Of a stretch of DNA of 64,000 nucleotides, positions 40,744 through 49,249 are shown piece by piece. Source of the DNA: Candidatus Oxydemutatoraceae bacterium (GTDB lineage: Bacteria; Pseudomonadota; Gammaproteobacteria; Poriferisulfidales; Oxydemutatoraceae). Below the pieces are notes generated by a model, which searched no databases, had not been told where the DNA came from, and was given only the letters and a program-made list of their open reading frames with translations. The stretch is taken from contig CBDCOZ010000003.1 of assembly GCA_965220085.1 (NCBI GenBank), positions 1,856,001 to 1,920,000 of the forward strand, read 5' to 3'. Each line of letters opens with the position of its first letter. Within the stretch, counting starts at the first letter, position 1. Both the position numbers and the translations under genes were made by a program.

Positions 40744-40949
40744 AACGCACCTCCCATATTCCCATAATGCATAAATTGCGTAATTTACATATTATGCACA
40801 AACCGCAGAAGGCCCGCAAGTAGCAATATGTGCTACAAATGATACAAAATAGCAAGATGGTGATACATCCGGTGCTATACGAGCAATTGCGACAAGCCCG
40901 CCGGTGATTGACGACACCAACTCTACGATATTGCCCTCGGCAAGCCCTT

Positions 40950-41440
40950 GCCCTAGCGGGCGGTAGCGGGCGTACCGCCACCCGTGGATTCGGTCTGCAA
41001 GAACCCGATGCCTATCGGGCGGTGGCGGGCGTATCGTCGCACACGGATTCGGTCTGCAAGAACCCGATGCCTACCGGGCGATGCGGTGGCGGGTGTTGAT
41101 TTGCGGATTCTTGATGATGTGTTGCTCGCCGGTGGGCCATGTCACGACGGCTCTTTGGACATTGGTGGCATCGCCCAGTCCGAATACGAGTTCGGGCGCC
41201 TGGTCGGTGAGATAGCCTTGCCCGGCGATGAACTGTCGGGTGTTGATTTGCGGATTCTTGATGATGCGCTGCTCGCCGGTAGGCCATGTTACGACGGCTC
41301 TTTGCACCTCGGTGGCATCGCCCAGTCCGAATACGAGCTCGGGCGCCTGGTCGGTGAGATAGCCTTGCCCGGCGATGCGGTGGCGGGCGTACCGCCGCCC
41401 ATGGATTCGGTCTGCAAGAGCCCGATGCCTACCGGGCGAT
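40950..41440 (-). repeat. Two extra copies of the 3' end of the CRTAC1-like gene plus short interspersed repeats
   Basis: 41237..41377 identical to the gene end; 41071..41245 carries several substitutions; GGATTCGGTCTGCAAGA unit occurs three times. Confidence 0.8.
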
Positions 41441-41488
41441 AGCGAACGTACCTGCTCGGCATTGCTGGCACTGCCGGTGAACTATGCC

Positions 41489-43027
41489 CTAGCGGGCGAT
41501 GCGGTAGCGGGTGTTGATTTGCGGATTCTTGATGATGCGCTGCTCGCCGGTAGGCCATGTTACGACGGCTCTTTGCACCTCGGTGGCATCGCCCAGTCCG
41601 AATACGAGCTCGGGCGCCTGGTCGGTGAGATAGCCTTGCCCGGCGATGAGCTGTCGGGTGTAACTCCTGCCGGCGGCGGTTTCAATGAAGATGGAAGTGC
41701 CCAGATGTCTGATGTCATCGGGGAGCCGGAACGAGACGAAGTTACCGTCGCCGGTGTTGAGGTAGGCTTGTTGCGGGCCGCCCATATTGATCCAGAAATA
41801 GTCAAGCCGCGCATCGCCGTTGAGGTCGACAAACAGGGACGACTGCCCGTAGTAGGGATTATCAAGGCCGAGTTGCGGCGCGTGTCGGAAGGCGGGTTTG
41901 CCATCGCGCTCGGTTTGCAAAAACGCCCGGCCGTCCAACTTGCAGAGTTTGTGAATCGGCCACTTGATGTAGTTCTGCGCGACAAACAGGTCAAGCCGCC
42001 CGTCAAGGTTCGCATCCTCAAACACACCGCCCCAGCCAAAGCCTTCATCTTTGATGCCCCAGTCGGGCGCGACCTCGGCGAAGTTGAAATTGCCGTCGTT
42101 GCGCAACAGCGACCAGTCGTGGGTGTGGCGCTGGTCGTCTCTGATATCGCCCCGCGTCAGCCACATCGGAATCGATGTGCCGGCATTGGGAAAGAACAGG
42201 TCTTGGTCGCCGTCGTTGTCGATGTCCCCGACACCCGCGCCCATCCAGAACCCGTAGCCGGTATCAACAGGCTGCAAGGCGAAGGTGCCGTCGCGGTTGT
42301 TTTTGAAAACCTCCGCCTGCCAAGTGTTCTGCGCGATAACCAGATCATCGTAGAAATCGCCGTTCAAATCCAGCAAGACAGCGCCGAAGGAATTGGCCGA
42401 GCCCGCAACGCCCGCCGCCTCTGTCACATCGGCGAATGTCAGATTGCCGTCGTTGCGCAACAGTCGGTTGCGCTTGGCGTGGCTTGGGTCATTGAAGGTC
42501 GCGCTCTTGAAATTCGGAAAGTCCACGAAGTAGCTCACATAGAGGTCCGCATCGCCATCGCGGTCGTAGTCGCTTGGCGAAACCTGAAACGGCTCCGATG
42601 CGGGCGGCGCATCGACAGCAACCCGCGCGCTCTCAAAGCGCCCGCGCCCGTCGTTGAGATACATATATACCCCGCCGGCGCGCGCGACGACGAGATCCAC
42701 ATCGCCATCGTTGTCCATGTCAATAGACACCGCGCCGTGAGCGGCATCGTCATCCGCAAGACCGGCGGCGGCGATGACATCGGTCAGCGCACCGTTTGCA
42801 AAGCGATACAAACGGTCGGGCTGATTCAAGCCGCCGCCGATGAACACCTCATCGCGACCGTCGCCGTCAATGTCAATCGCCGCAGCACCCGTGAACGGAT
42901 GCGCCGCATCATCCCACACAACATCAAAGTCAATCTCAAGCGGCTGAAACTGCCCGCCGGTTGCGGCGCATGCCGAGGCGAGCATCGCCACGGCTATGCA
43001 TAGGTTGGTTTTGGCAAGTGCGGGCAT
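41489..43027 (-). CDS. CRTAC1-family protein (FG-GAP/VCBS repeats plus ASPIC/UnbV), probable lipoprotein
   Basis: Repeated D.D.DG..DL motifs; GQGYLTDQAPELVFGLG...VTWPTG; LASAC lipobox; start uncertain (ORF extends to 43162). Confidence 0.88.
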   Translation of the reverse strand: MPALAKTNLCIAVAMLASACAATGGQFQPLEIDFDVVWDDAAHPFTGAAAIDIDGDGRDEVFIGGGLNQPDRLYRFANGALTDVIAAAGLADDDAAHGAVSIDMDNDGDVDLVVARAGGVYMYLNDGRGRFESARVAVDAPPASEPFQVSPSDYDRDGDADLYVSYFVDFPNFKSATFNDPSHAKRNRLLRNDGNLTFADVTEAAGVAGSANSFGAVLLDLNGDFYDDLVIAQNTWQAEVFKNNRDGTFALQPVDTGYGFWMGAGVGDIDNDGDQDLFFPNAGTSIPMWLTRGDIRDDQRHTHDWSLLRNDGNFNFAEVAPDWGIKDEGFGWGGVFEDANLDGRLDLFVAQNYIKWPIHKLCKLDGRAFLQTERDGKPAFRHAPQLGLDNPYYGQSSLFVDLNGDARLDYFWINMGGPQQAYLNTGDGNFVSFRLPDDIRHLGTSIFIETAAGRSYTRQLIAGQGYLTDQAPELVFGLGDATEVQRAVVTWPTGEQRIIKNPQINTRYRIAR

Positions 43028-43192
43028 AAAACGAATCACTGATGCCTCCATGATACTGAGGATTGGCAATCTGCGCAATGCTCCCTGCATTGTCATGATA
43101 GAAAGCCACTCTTTGCGGTGACAGCTTCTTGCTCGCCTTCCGCTCGGATGCGGGCCGCACAAACCCGCGCGTATTCTCCAACACCCGCACCG

Positions 43193-43765
43193 CCCCCGCT
43201 GATGCGCCTGCGGGGATGGCGCACGATTCAGATCATCGGCTACATTGCCTCATACTCCGTTGATGCGCCTGCGGGAATGGCGCACGATTCGGATCATCGG
43301 CAACATTGACTCATGCCCCGCTGATGCGCCTGCGGGAATGGCGCACGATTCAGATCATCGGCGACATTGACTCATACCCCGCTGATGCGCCTGCGGGAAT
43401 GGTGCGCGATGCAGATCATCGCTACATTGACTCATACCCCGCTGATGCGCCTGCGGGAATGGCGCACGATTCAGATCATCGGCGGCATTGCCTCATACTC
43501 CGCCGCCGCGCCTGCGGGGATGGCGCACGATTCAGATCATCGGCGACATTGACTCATGCCCCGCCGCCGCGCCTGCGGGAATGGCGCACGATTCGGATCA
43601 TCGGCTACATTGCCTCATACTCCGTTGATGCGCCTGCGGGAATGGCGCACGATTCGGATCATCGGCAACATTGACTCATGCCCCGCTGATGCGCCTGCGG
43701 GGGTGGCGCACGATTCGGATCATCGGCAACATTGCCTCATGCCCCGCTGATGCGCCTGCGGGGGT
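43193..43765. repeat. Tandem repeat, 61-bp unit, about 9.5 copies
   Basis: GATGCGCCTGCGGGAATGGCGCACGATTC(A/G)GATCATCGGC.ACATTG(A/C)CTCAT... recurring at 43201, 43262, 43323, 43384, 43444, 43505, 43566, 43627, 43688, 43749. Confidence 0.92.
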
Positions 43766-43881
43766 GGTGCGAGAGGAGCGTGTCGGGCGGCTACCGGCAA
43801 TCCGCCAGTCAGCCCCCTTCGCTTACCGACGCTCCCATCAGGGGAGCGTGTGGCGCAAGTCCTGCGAAGGAATTGCTCGCG

Positions 43882-45417
43882 CTACCGCAACGGCCCTTCA
43901 AGGAAGAGGCGCAGCCGCAAGCGCAGGAACCCCAGATGTATGGTCATGGTGTGGATTGCGCTATCCGCTTTGCCATCGTTTACTCTGAAGGCGAAGGTGG
44001 CAAAGTCGGAGGTGATACCGTTGCCCGCCGGAGGGTAGTAGGTGAGCCGTGATATTGAAGACCTGTCTATGATGATGCCTCTGGGGGTAACCTCCAGACT
44101 CGAAAAGCGGAGTGTGCCCTTGCCGGGTTCTACGGTGGAAACTATGGTTATTCCGGACAGGCGGTCGCCGCCGGTATCCCTGAACGGGAAGTCGGATACC
44201 CTGAAGACGTATGGCTTGGCCGCGGTTGCGGTGGTGGATACGCTCACAGAAGCATCGGCGCTGAGGGGGGTATGGTTGATGATGGCGCCGTCGGAGCAGA
44301 ACGTGCCCTCGGCGGTGCCTATGCCATCGGTGAATCTGAGGCAGACGCGGATGTATTGGCCGACATTCGCCCGTCCAGGGGTGAAGGTGACGGCGGTGGC
44401 GCCGGCGATGTCGGCGTATGCGCCGGCCGCCGGAGCGCCGGTGGCAGGGGCGGAAGCGGATTGCCATTGCCATCTGCGGCCGGCGTTGGGGATGCCGTTG
44501 GCATCGGTGACGCCGGCGACGGTGGCGGTCAGTTCCACATCCTCGTTGTGGGCGGTGCCGGTTACCGCCGTCACAGTGGGTGCGCCGCTTGCCGCCGATG
44601 GCACGGTCGTCACCAGGTCTATAGTCATGACGCGGGTTGCGCTGTCCTTGACATTGAAACCGCTCTCGCCAGTCCGCACCTTGAAATTAAAACTGGCATA
44701 GCCGGCCATGGCCGCGGTGGCATCAGTGGGAGGAGTGTAGGTCAGGAGACGCGCATCCAGCTGTGCCAGCGTAATGGCAAAGCCCGCGGCAACCGTTGTT
44801 CCGGACAGACTCAAAGCGCCTCTGGCGGGTACGGAGGAGCCAATGGTTATGCGACTCAGAGCATCGCCATCTTCATCGGCAAACGGGAAGTCGTCTGCCG
44901 AGAAAGTATAGGCGCGACCCACGGGCACATAGACGGTGTTGTCCTGCGCAACCGGGCTGTCAGCGGCATTGACGACGGCGGCGACGGAGGCGCGGCATCG
45001 GGTCTCGCGGTTGTCGGCATCATCGTTGAAGGCGGCGCAAACACGCAGAAACTTGCCCACATGCTCTTGCAAGGGCGTGAAGGTGGCGGCGGTGGCTCCG
45101 GCGATGGCATCGTAGGCGCTACCCGTCGGGGTGCTGCTGCCAGTCGGGGCATCGGCCTGTTGCCATTGCCAAGTCGGGGCGAAAGTGGTGATGCCATCGT
45201 CATCCATTATGGTGCCCTGGGCGGCGGTCAGCGCGCTGTCCTCAGTGGGGCCGACCGTGGTCAGGTCGGCGCTGTTCGCCGCCGTAATCGCCGGTGCGCC
45301 GGTGGCGGCATTGTTCTGCGCTTGGGCCTGTGCGCAGAGAGCAAGCAACGCCGACAGAACCAGTAACAAGAGACTGCGCCGCATCACCGGCGGTAGCAAG
45401 AGGCTACGCCGGGTCAT
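43882..45417 (-). CDS. Secreted four-module Ig/cadherin-like protein with C-terminal RLRLFLEGPLR motif
   Basis: Duplicated RRSLLL leader, AQAQA cleavage site, alternating WQWQ and Big/cadherin-like modules. Confidence 0.88.
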   Translation of the reverse strand: MTRRSLLLPPVMRRSLLLLVLSALLALCAQAQAQNNAATGAPAITAANSADLTTVGPTEDSALTAAQGTIMDDDGITTFAPTWQWQQADAPTGSSTPTGSAYDAIAGATAATFTPLQEHVGKFLRVCAAFNDDADNRETRCRASVAAVVNAADSPVAQDNTVYVPVGRAYTFSADDFPFADEDGDALSRITIGSSVPARGALSLSGTTVAAGFAITLAQLDARLLTYTPPTDATAAMAGYASFNFKVRTGESGFNVKDSATRVMTIDLVTTVPSAASGAPTVTAVTGTAHNEDVELTATVAGVTDANGIPNAGRRWQWQSASAPATGAPAAGAYADIAGATAVTFTPGRANVGQYIRVCLRFTDGIGTAEGTFCSDGAIINHTPLSADASVSVSTTATAAKPYVFRVSDFPFRDTGGDRLSGITIVSTVEPGKGTLRFSSLEVTPRGIIIDRSSISRLTYYPPAGNGITSDFATFAFRVNDGKADSAIHTMTIHLGFLRLRLRLFLEGPLR

Positions 45418-45650
45418 TGCCGCCTCGCCGGTTCGGGGAGGCAGCAGTACTAGAAATTTGTCGATTCATGCTATGACTCCTTATGGCCTATATCCGGTAA
45501 ATGCAGTTGTACGATGAATGCTGGCACTCTTAGTGCTGTACTCTACCACAAAGCGCAAGTCATTCGCAAATGTCTTTTTGTCAAACCTCTGCGACCCCTT
45601 CCGGCGGGCGGTTGCGTCGGCGTTGCCGGTGTGTTGCTATTGCGGTAGCA

Positions 45651-46394
45651 ACTCGTGCCGAAGCCGGCAAGCCCGAATGCTTCCGGCATGGTTCATGACA
45701 GTTCGCGCCGAAGCCGGCAAACCCGAATGTTTCCGGCATGATTCATGACAACTCGTGCCGAAGCCGACAAGCCGGAATGCTTCCGGCATGGTTCATGACA
45801 GTTCGCGCCGAAGCCGGCAAACCCGAATGTTTCCGGCATGGTTCATGACATCTCGTGCCGAAGCCGGCAAGCCGGAATGTTTCCGGCATGATTCATGACA
45901 ACTCGCGCCGAAGCCGACAAGCCGGAATGTTTCCGGCATGATTCATGACAACTCGCGCCGAAGCCGGCAAGCCGGAATGTTTCCGGCATGATTCATGATA
46001 ACCCGCGCCGAAGCCGACAAACCCGAATGTTTCCGGCATGGTTCATGACAACTCGTGCCGAAGCCGACAAGCCGGAATGTTTCCGGCATGATTCATGACA
46101 ACTCGCGCCGAAGCCGGCAAGCCGGAATGTCTCCGGCATGATTCATGATAACCCGCGCCGAAGCCGGCAAGCCCGAATGCTTCCGGCATGGTTCATGACA
46201 GTTCGCGCCGAAGCCGGCAAACCCGAATGTCTCCGGCATGATTCATGATAACCCGCGCCGAAGCCGGCAAGCCCGAATGCTTCCGGCATGGTTCATGACA
46301 GTTCGTGCCGAAGCCGACAAGCCGGAATGCTTCCGGCATGGTTCATGACAGTTCGCGCCGAAGCCGGCAAACCCGAATGTTTCCGGCATGGTTC
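45651..46394. repeat. Tandem repeat, 50-bp unit, about 15 copies, resembling the IS481 terminal sequence
   Basis: ACTCGCGCCGAAGCCGGCAAGCCGGAATG(C/T)TTCCGGCATG(G/A)TTCATGACA with strict 50-bp period and no spacers. Confidence 0.93.
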
Positions 46395-46447
46395 GCCTGT
46401 CTCACCCTTGCGCCCCATAGCGCTCCTCTTCTCCGTGAGCGCTCGCG

Positions 46448-48367
46448 CTACCGCAACGGGCCTTCAAGGAAGAGCCGCAGCCGCAGGCTTAGGAACCCCA
46501 GATGTATGGTCATGGTGCGGAAGGCGCTGCCCGCATTGCCATCGCTTACTCTAAATCTGAATGTGGCGTAGCCAGTCTGGGCGCTCTGCCCGGCCGCCGG
46601 CCAGTAGGTTATCGTGCCGATGTCGGCGGCGGGCACAATCTGGTTGACACGGGCGTCAGCGCCGCCCACCCGCAAGGTGCCGGCGGTTGGCAGGCTGCTT
46701 ATGGTCACACTGGCCAGGCTGTCGCCTTCCGCGTCCCTGTACGGGAAGTCGGATTCCTTGAAGACGTATGGCTCGGCTTCGGTCGCGGTGGTGGATACGC
46801 TCACAGCTGCATCGACACTGGTAGGGGGAGCGTTGACGAGGCGGCCGTTGGAGCAGACCGGGCCTTCGCGGACGGGGGTGCTGTGCAGGTCCATATACCA
46901 GACGCAGGCGCGGATGTATCTGCCCACCTGGGCCCGGGTGACCATGTATACCGCTATGGTTTCGCCCTCCAGGTCGGCATAGTCCTCGTCTGCCGGGCGC
47001 CCGCCGGCGGCCGGTGCGGCGGCAGACTGCCATTGCAATTCAAGGGTGTTGATGTTTATGTCGTCGGGATCACTCACCGTGCCTAAGTTAATGGCCAGGG
47101 TTTGACCCGGTGCGACAACACCATGTCCCAGATCGGGCTGACCAGTGGGGGGCATCTGCACGGCGGGCGTTATGACAGCGGGGGCGCTGCATCGCATCTC
47201 GCTGGCGGGAGCGCTGCTGTGCAGGTCCATATAGCTGGCGCAGGCGCGGATGTATCCGCCCACCTGACTTGAAATGGGGGTGTATGTGGCGGCGGTGGCA
47301 TCGGCTATGTCCGCATAGTCGCCGTCCGCCGGGGCGCCGGTAGCCGATGCGGCGGCAAACCGCCATCGCCAGCTCAGGGTGCTCTCGTTTATGCCGTTGG
47401 GTTCTATGATGCCGTCTATCGTGGCAGTCAGTTGTACTCCTCGTTGATAGGCGGTGGCCGTGCTGTCGGCGGCGGCGACGGTCGGTGCGCCGGCGGCGGC
47501 GGTCTGGGTGGCGGATATCAGGCCGATGGTGATGGTGGCATCGTTGCTGCTGAGCGAGCCGTCGGAGAGGCGGAATTTGAAGGAGGTTCTGTGCACGCCA
47601 TTGGGCAGGGTTATGTTGAAAGCGCCGCCGGCGAAGCCATCGCGGGCGGTGTTAAGGGCGAGGGAGGCGTTGACAGCCAAATCTGTGGTCGCTGAGGCGC
47701 CGGCCAGTTGCAGGGTGCTGCCATCGGCGGGCAACTCGGCGATGATGACAGCGCCCAGCATGTCGCCGGCGCCGTCGGGATCGCTGAATGCCGTCACAAA
47801 TGGCGTCACCGGGATGGCGGCGGTGTTGCTGCCTGCGGTGCGGGCGATGTGATGGGTCACATCTTTGGCGCTGGGGGCATCATTGACATTGGCCACGGCG
47901 GTGGCTATCCGGTGGCAACGTTTTTCGTTGAAGCCGCGATCGTCATTGAAAGCTGCGCAGACTTCCAGGAACTTGCCCACATGGATCTGCAACGGGGCAA
48001 AGGTGGCAGTCGCGACATTCAGGGAATCGGCGGGGCGGTATGCGGCATAGGCGCCGCCGTGGGTGTCGGCCACTCTCCATTCCCAGAGGGTGGGGATGAA
48101 AGTGGTTAAACCATGGCTATCCTCGATGCTACCGCGGGATGCGGTGATGGGGCTGCCCTGGGTGGGGACGGTTATGCCGCTGGCGTAGGCGACGGCCGGC
48201 TCGCCAGTGGCTTGTTGCGCCTGCGCCTGACCGCAGACAACAAACAGCGCCGGCAACATCAGCGAGCAGAGACTGCGCCGCATCACCAGCGGTAACAAGA
48301 GGCTACGCCGGGACATCGTTGCTCGCCAGTGCGGGGGGGTAGCAGTATTAAAAACTTGTCGATTCAT
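46448..48367 (-). CDS. Secreted multi-module Ig/cadherin-like protein with C-terminal RLRLFLEGPLR motif
   Basis: AAGGAG RBS before MNRQVFNTATPPHWRATMSRRSLL; five modules homologous to paralogues. Confidence 0.88.
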   Translation of the reverse strand: MNRQVFNTATPPHWRATMSRRSLLLPLVMRRSLCSLMLPALFVVCGQAQAQQATGEPAVAYASGITVPTQGSPITASRGSIEDSHGLTTFIPTLWEWRVADTHGGAYAAYRPADSLNVATATFAPLQIHVGKFLEVCAAFNDDRGFNEKRCHRIATAVANVNDAPSAKDVTHHIARTAGSNTAAIPVTPFVTAFSDPDGAGDMLGAVIIAELPADGSTLQLAGASATTDLAVNASLALNTARDGFAGGAFNITLPNGVHRTSFKFRLSDGSLSSNDATITIGLISATQTAAAGAPTVAAADSTATAYQRGVQLTATIDGIIEPNGINESTLSWRWRFAAASATGAPADGDYADIADATAATYTPISSQVGGYIRACASYMDLHSSAPASEMRCSAPAVITPAVQMPPTGQPDLGHGVVAPGQTLAINLGTVSDPDDININTLELQWQSAAAPAAGGRPADEDYADLEGETIAVYMVTRAQVGRYIRACVWYMDLHSTPVREGPVCSNGRLVNAPPTSVDAAVSVSTTATEAEPYVFKESDFPYRDAEGDSLASVTISSLPTAGTLRVGGADARVNQIVPAADIGTITYWPAAGQSAQTGYATFRFRVSDGNAGSAFRTMTIHLGFLSLRLRLFLEGPLR

Positions 48368-48442
48368 GCTATGACTCCTTATGGCCTCTGGCAAATGCAA
48401 GAGTATATGAAATCTGCGGAGAGACAAAACCTTTGCAAAGGC

Positions 48443-48599
48443 TTACTTCTCAGTCGCCTTTATCTCTATTGACTCGTATACCCTTTTAGCCCTGAGATAC
48501 TTTTCCTTTGACACTTTCTTGTTCCGCTTGAGCTCTTCCTCAAAGCGCCGAGCATCCTTTCCCGGTAAGGACAGGTGTTTCTTTAATAGGTCTGGACAT
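48443..48599 (-). pseudogene. Frameshifted PIKETP-type small gene
   Basis: MSRPIKETPVLTGK (+1) DARRFEEELKRNKKVSKEKYLRAKRVYESIEIKATEK; 157 nt. Confidence 0.65.
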
Positions 48600-48991
48600 T
48601 TTTTATCTCCGTTGTGTGGCTTGTAACAGTAATGCTACAGTATATAACAATCTGCGCAGACAACAAAACGCTCGCGCGACCAAAGCCCGGAGTATCACGG
48701 GGGCTATGCACAAACGCTTGGCAGTTCTCCGGCGTGATTGTCTCGTAACTCGCATTTTGCCCCGATTCTACGGGCTATCGGGAGTATTTTCCTCGGATTT
48801 GAAATGCTCGTGAACATACACTATACTGTACCTTAGCTAATTCAAGGAGATGAAGCGATTTCTTTAAAACACGCCATCCGCACGTATCCTTCTAAGTGGT
48901 GCGTGGTTCTCTGAGAGATGAGAGGCACAATCCCGCGTGCGGCTCTGGCACTTTTTCATTTCGGAATCAGGTTGCGCCTATCGGCGCAGGT

Positions 48992-49211
48992 TGCATAATG
49001 CCGGAAGCATTCCGGATTCCCGGTTTCAACACGACACGCAATATCATCACATCGGCCACGGCATCAAAAGACCCCCAGCGCAAGCTCCGTCTTGGCAGGG
49101 TTTTAAGGCCGCGCATCCCGGTCATTGCATTGCTATGGGCGCCGCGCAAGCGCCAATGCCACACAGCACAATATTTGCCCCGTATGTTCAATATGCCATG
49201 GCATCGGCGCA
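48992..49211 (+). mobile_element. MITE-like internally deleted IS481 derivative
   Basis: Starts TGCATAATGCCGGAAGCATTCCGG, ends ...CAATATTTGCCCCGTATGTTCAATATGCCATGGCATC, matching both ends of the intact IS. Confidence 0.7.
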
Positions 49212-49249
49212 GGCTTGAAAAGCGTAACGTTATGGTTTATGGTTTGCGG

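Noticed and set aside
41071-41660. Diversity-generating retroelement template/variable repeat pair
   Set aside because: No reverse transcriptase in the window and differences are not adenine-specific
41375-43003. Long plus-strand ORFs opposite real genes (also 1101..1862, 1886..2878, 44272..45366, 25961..26755, 37282..38115)
   Set aside because: Antisense shadows typical of GC-rich coding DNA, with no recognisable motifs
43193-46394. 50-bp and 61-bp arrays as CRISPR arrays
   Set aside because: Head-to-tail units with no unique spacers
34265-46447. Integron cassette array
   Set aside because: No integrase in the window and no clear RYYYAAC/GTTRRRY attC boundaries; the genes carry their own promoter-like motifs
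325-48367. TRRSL in the leaders as a Tat signal
   Set aside because: The paralogue at 1..328 has TRLSL and 2060..2929 lacks it; the consensus Phe is absent, so Tat export is not supported for the family
48896-49249. N-terminal extension of the Fic ORF
   Set aside because: It runs through a MITE; the plausible start is ATG 49250
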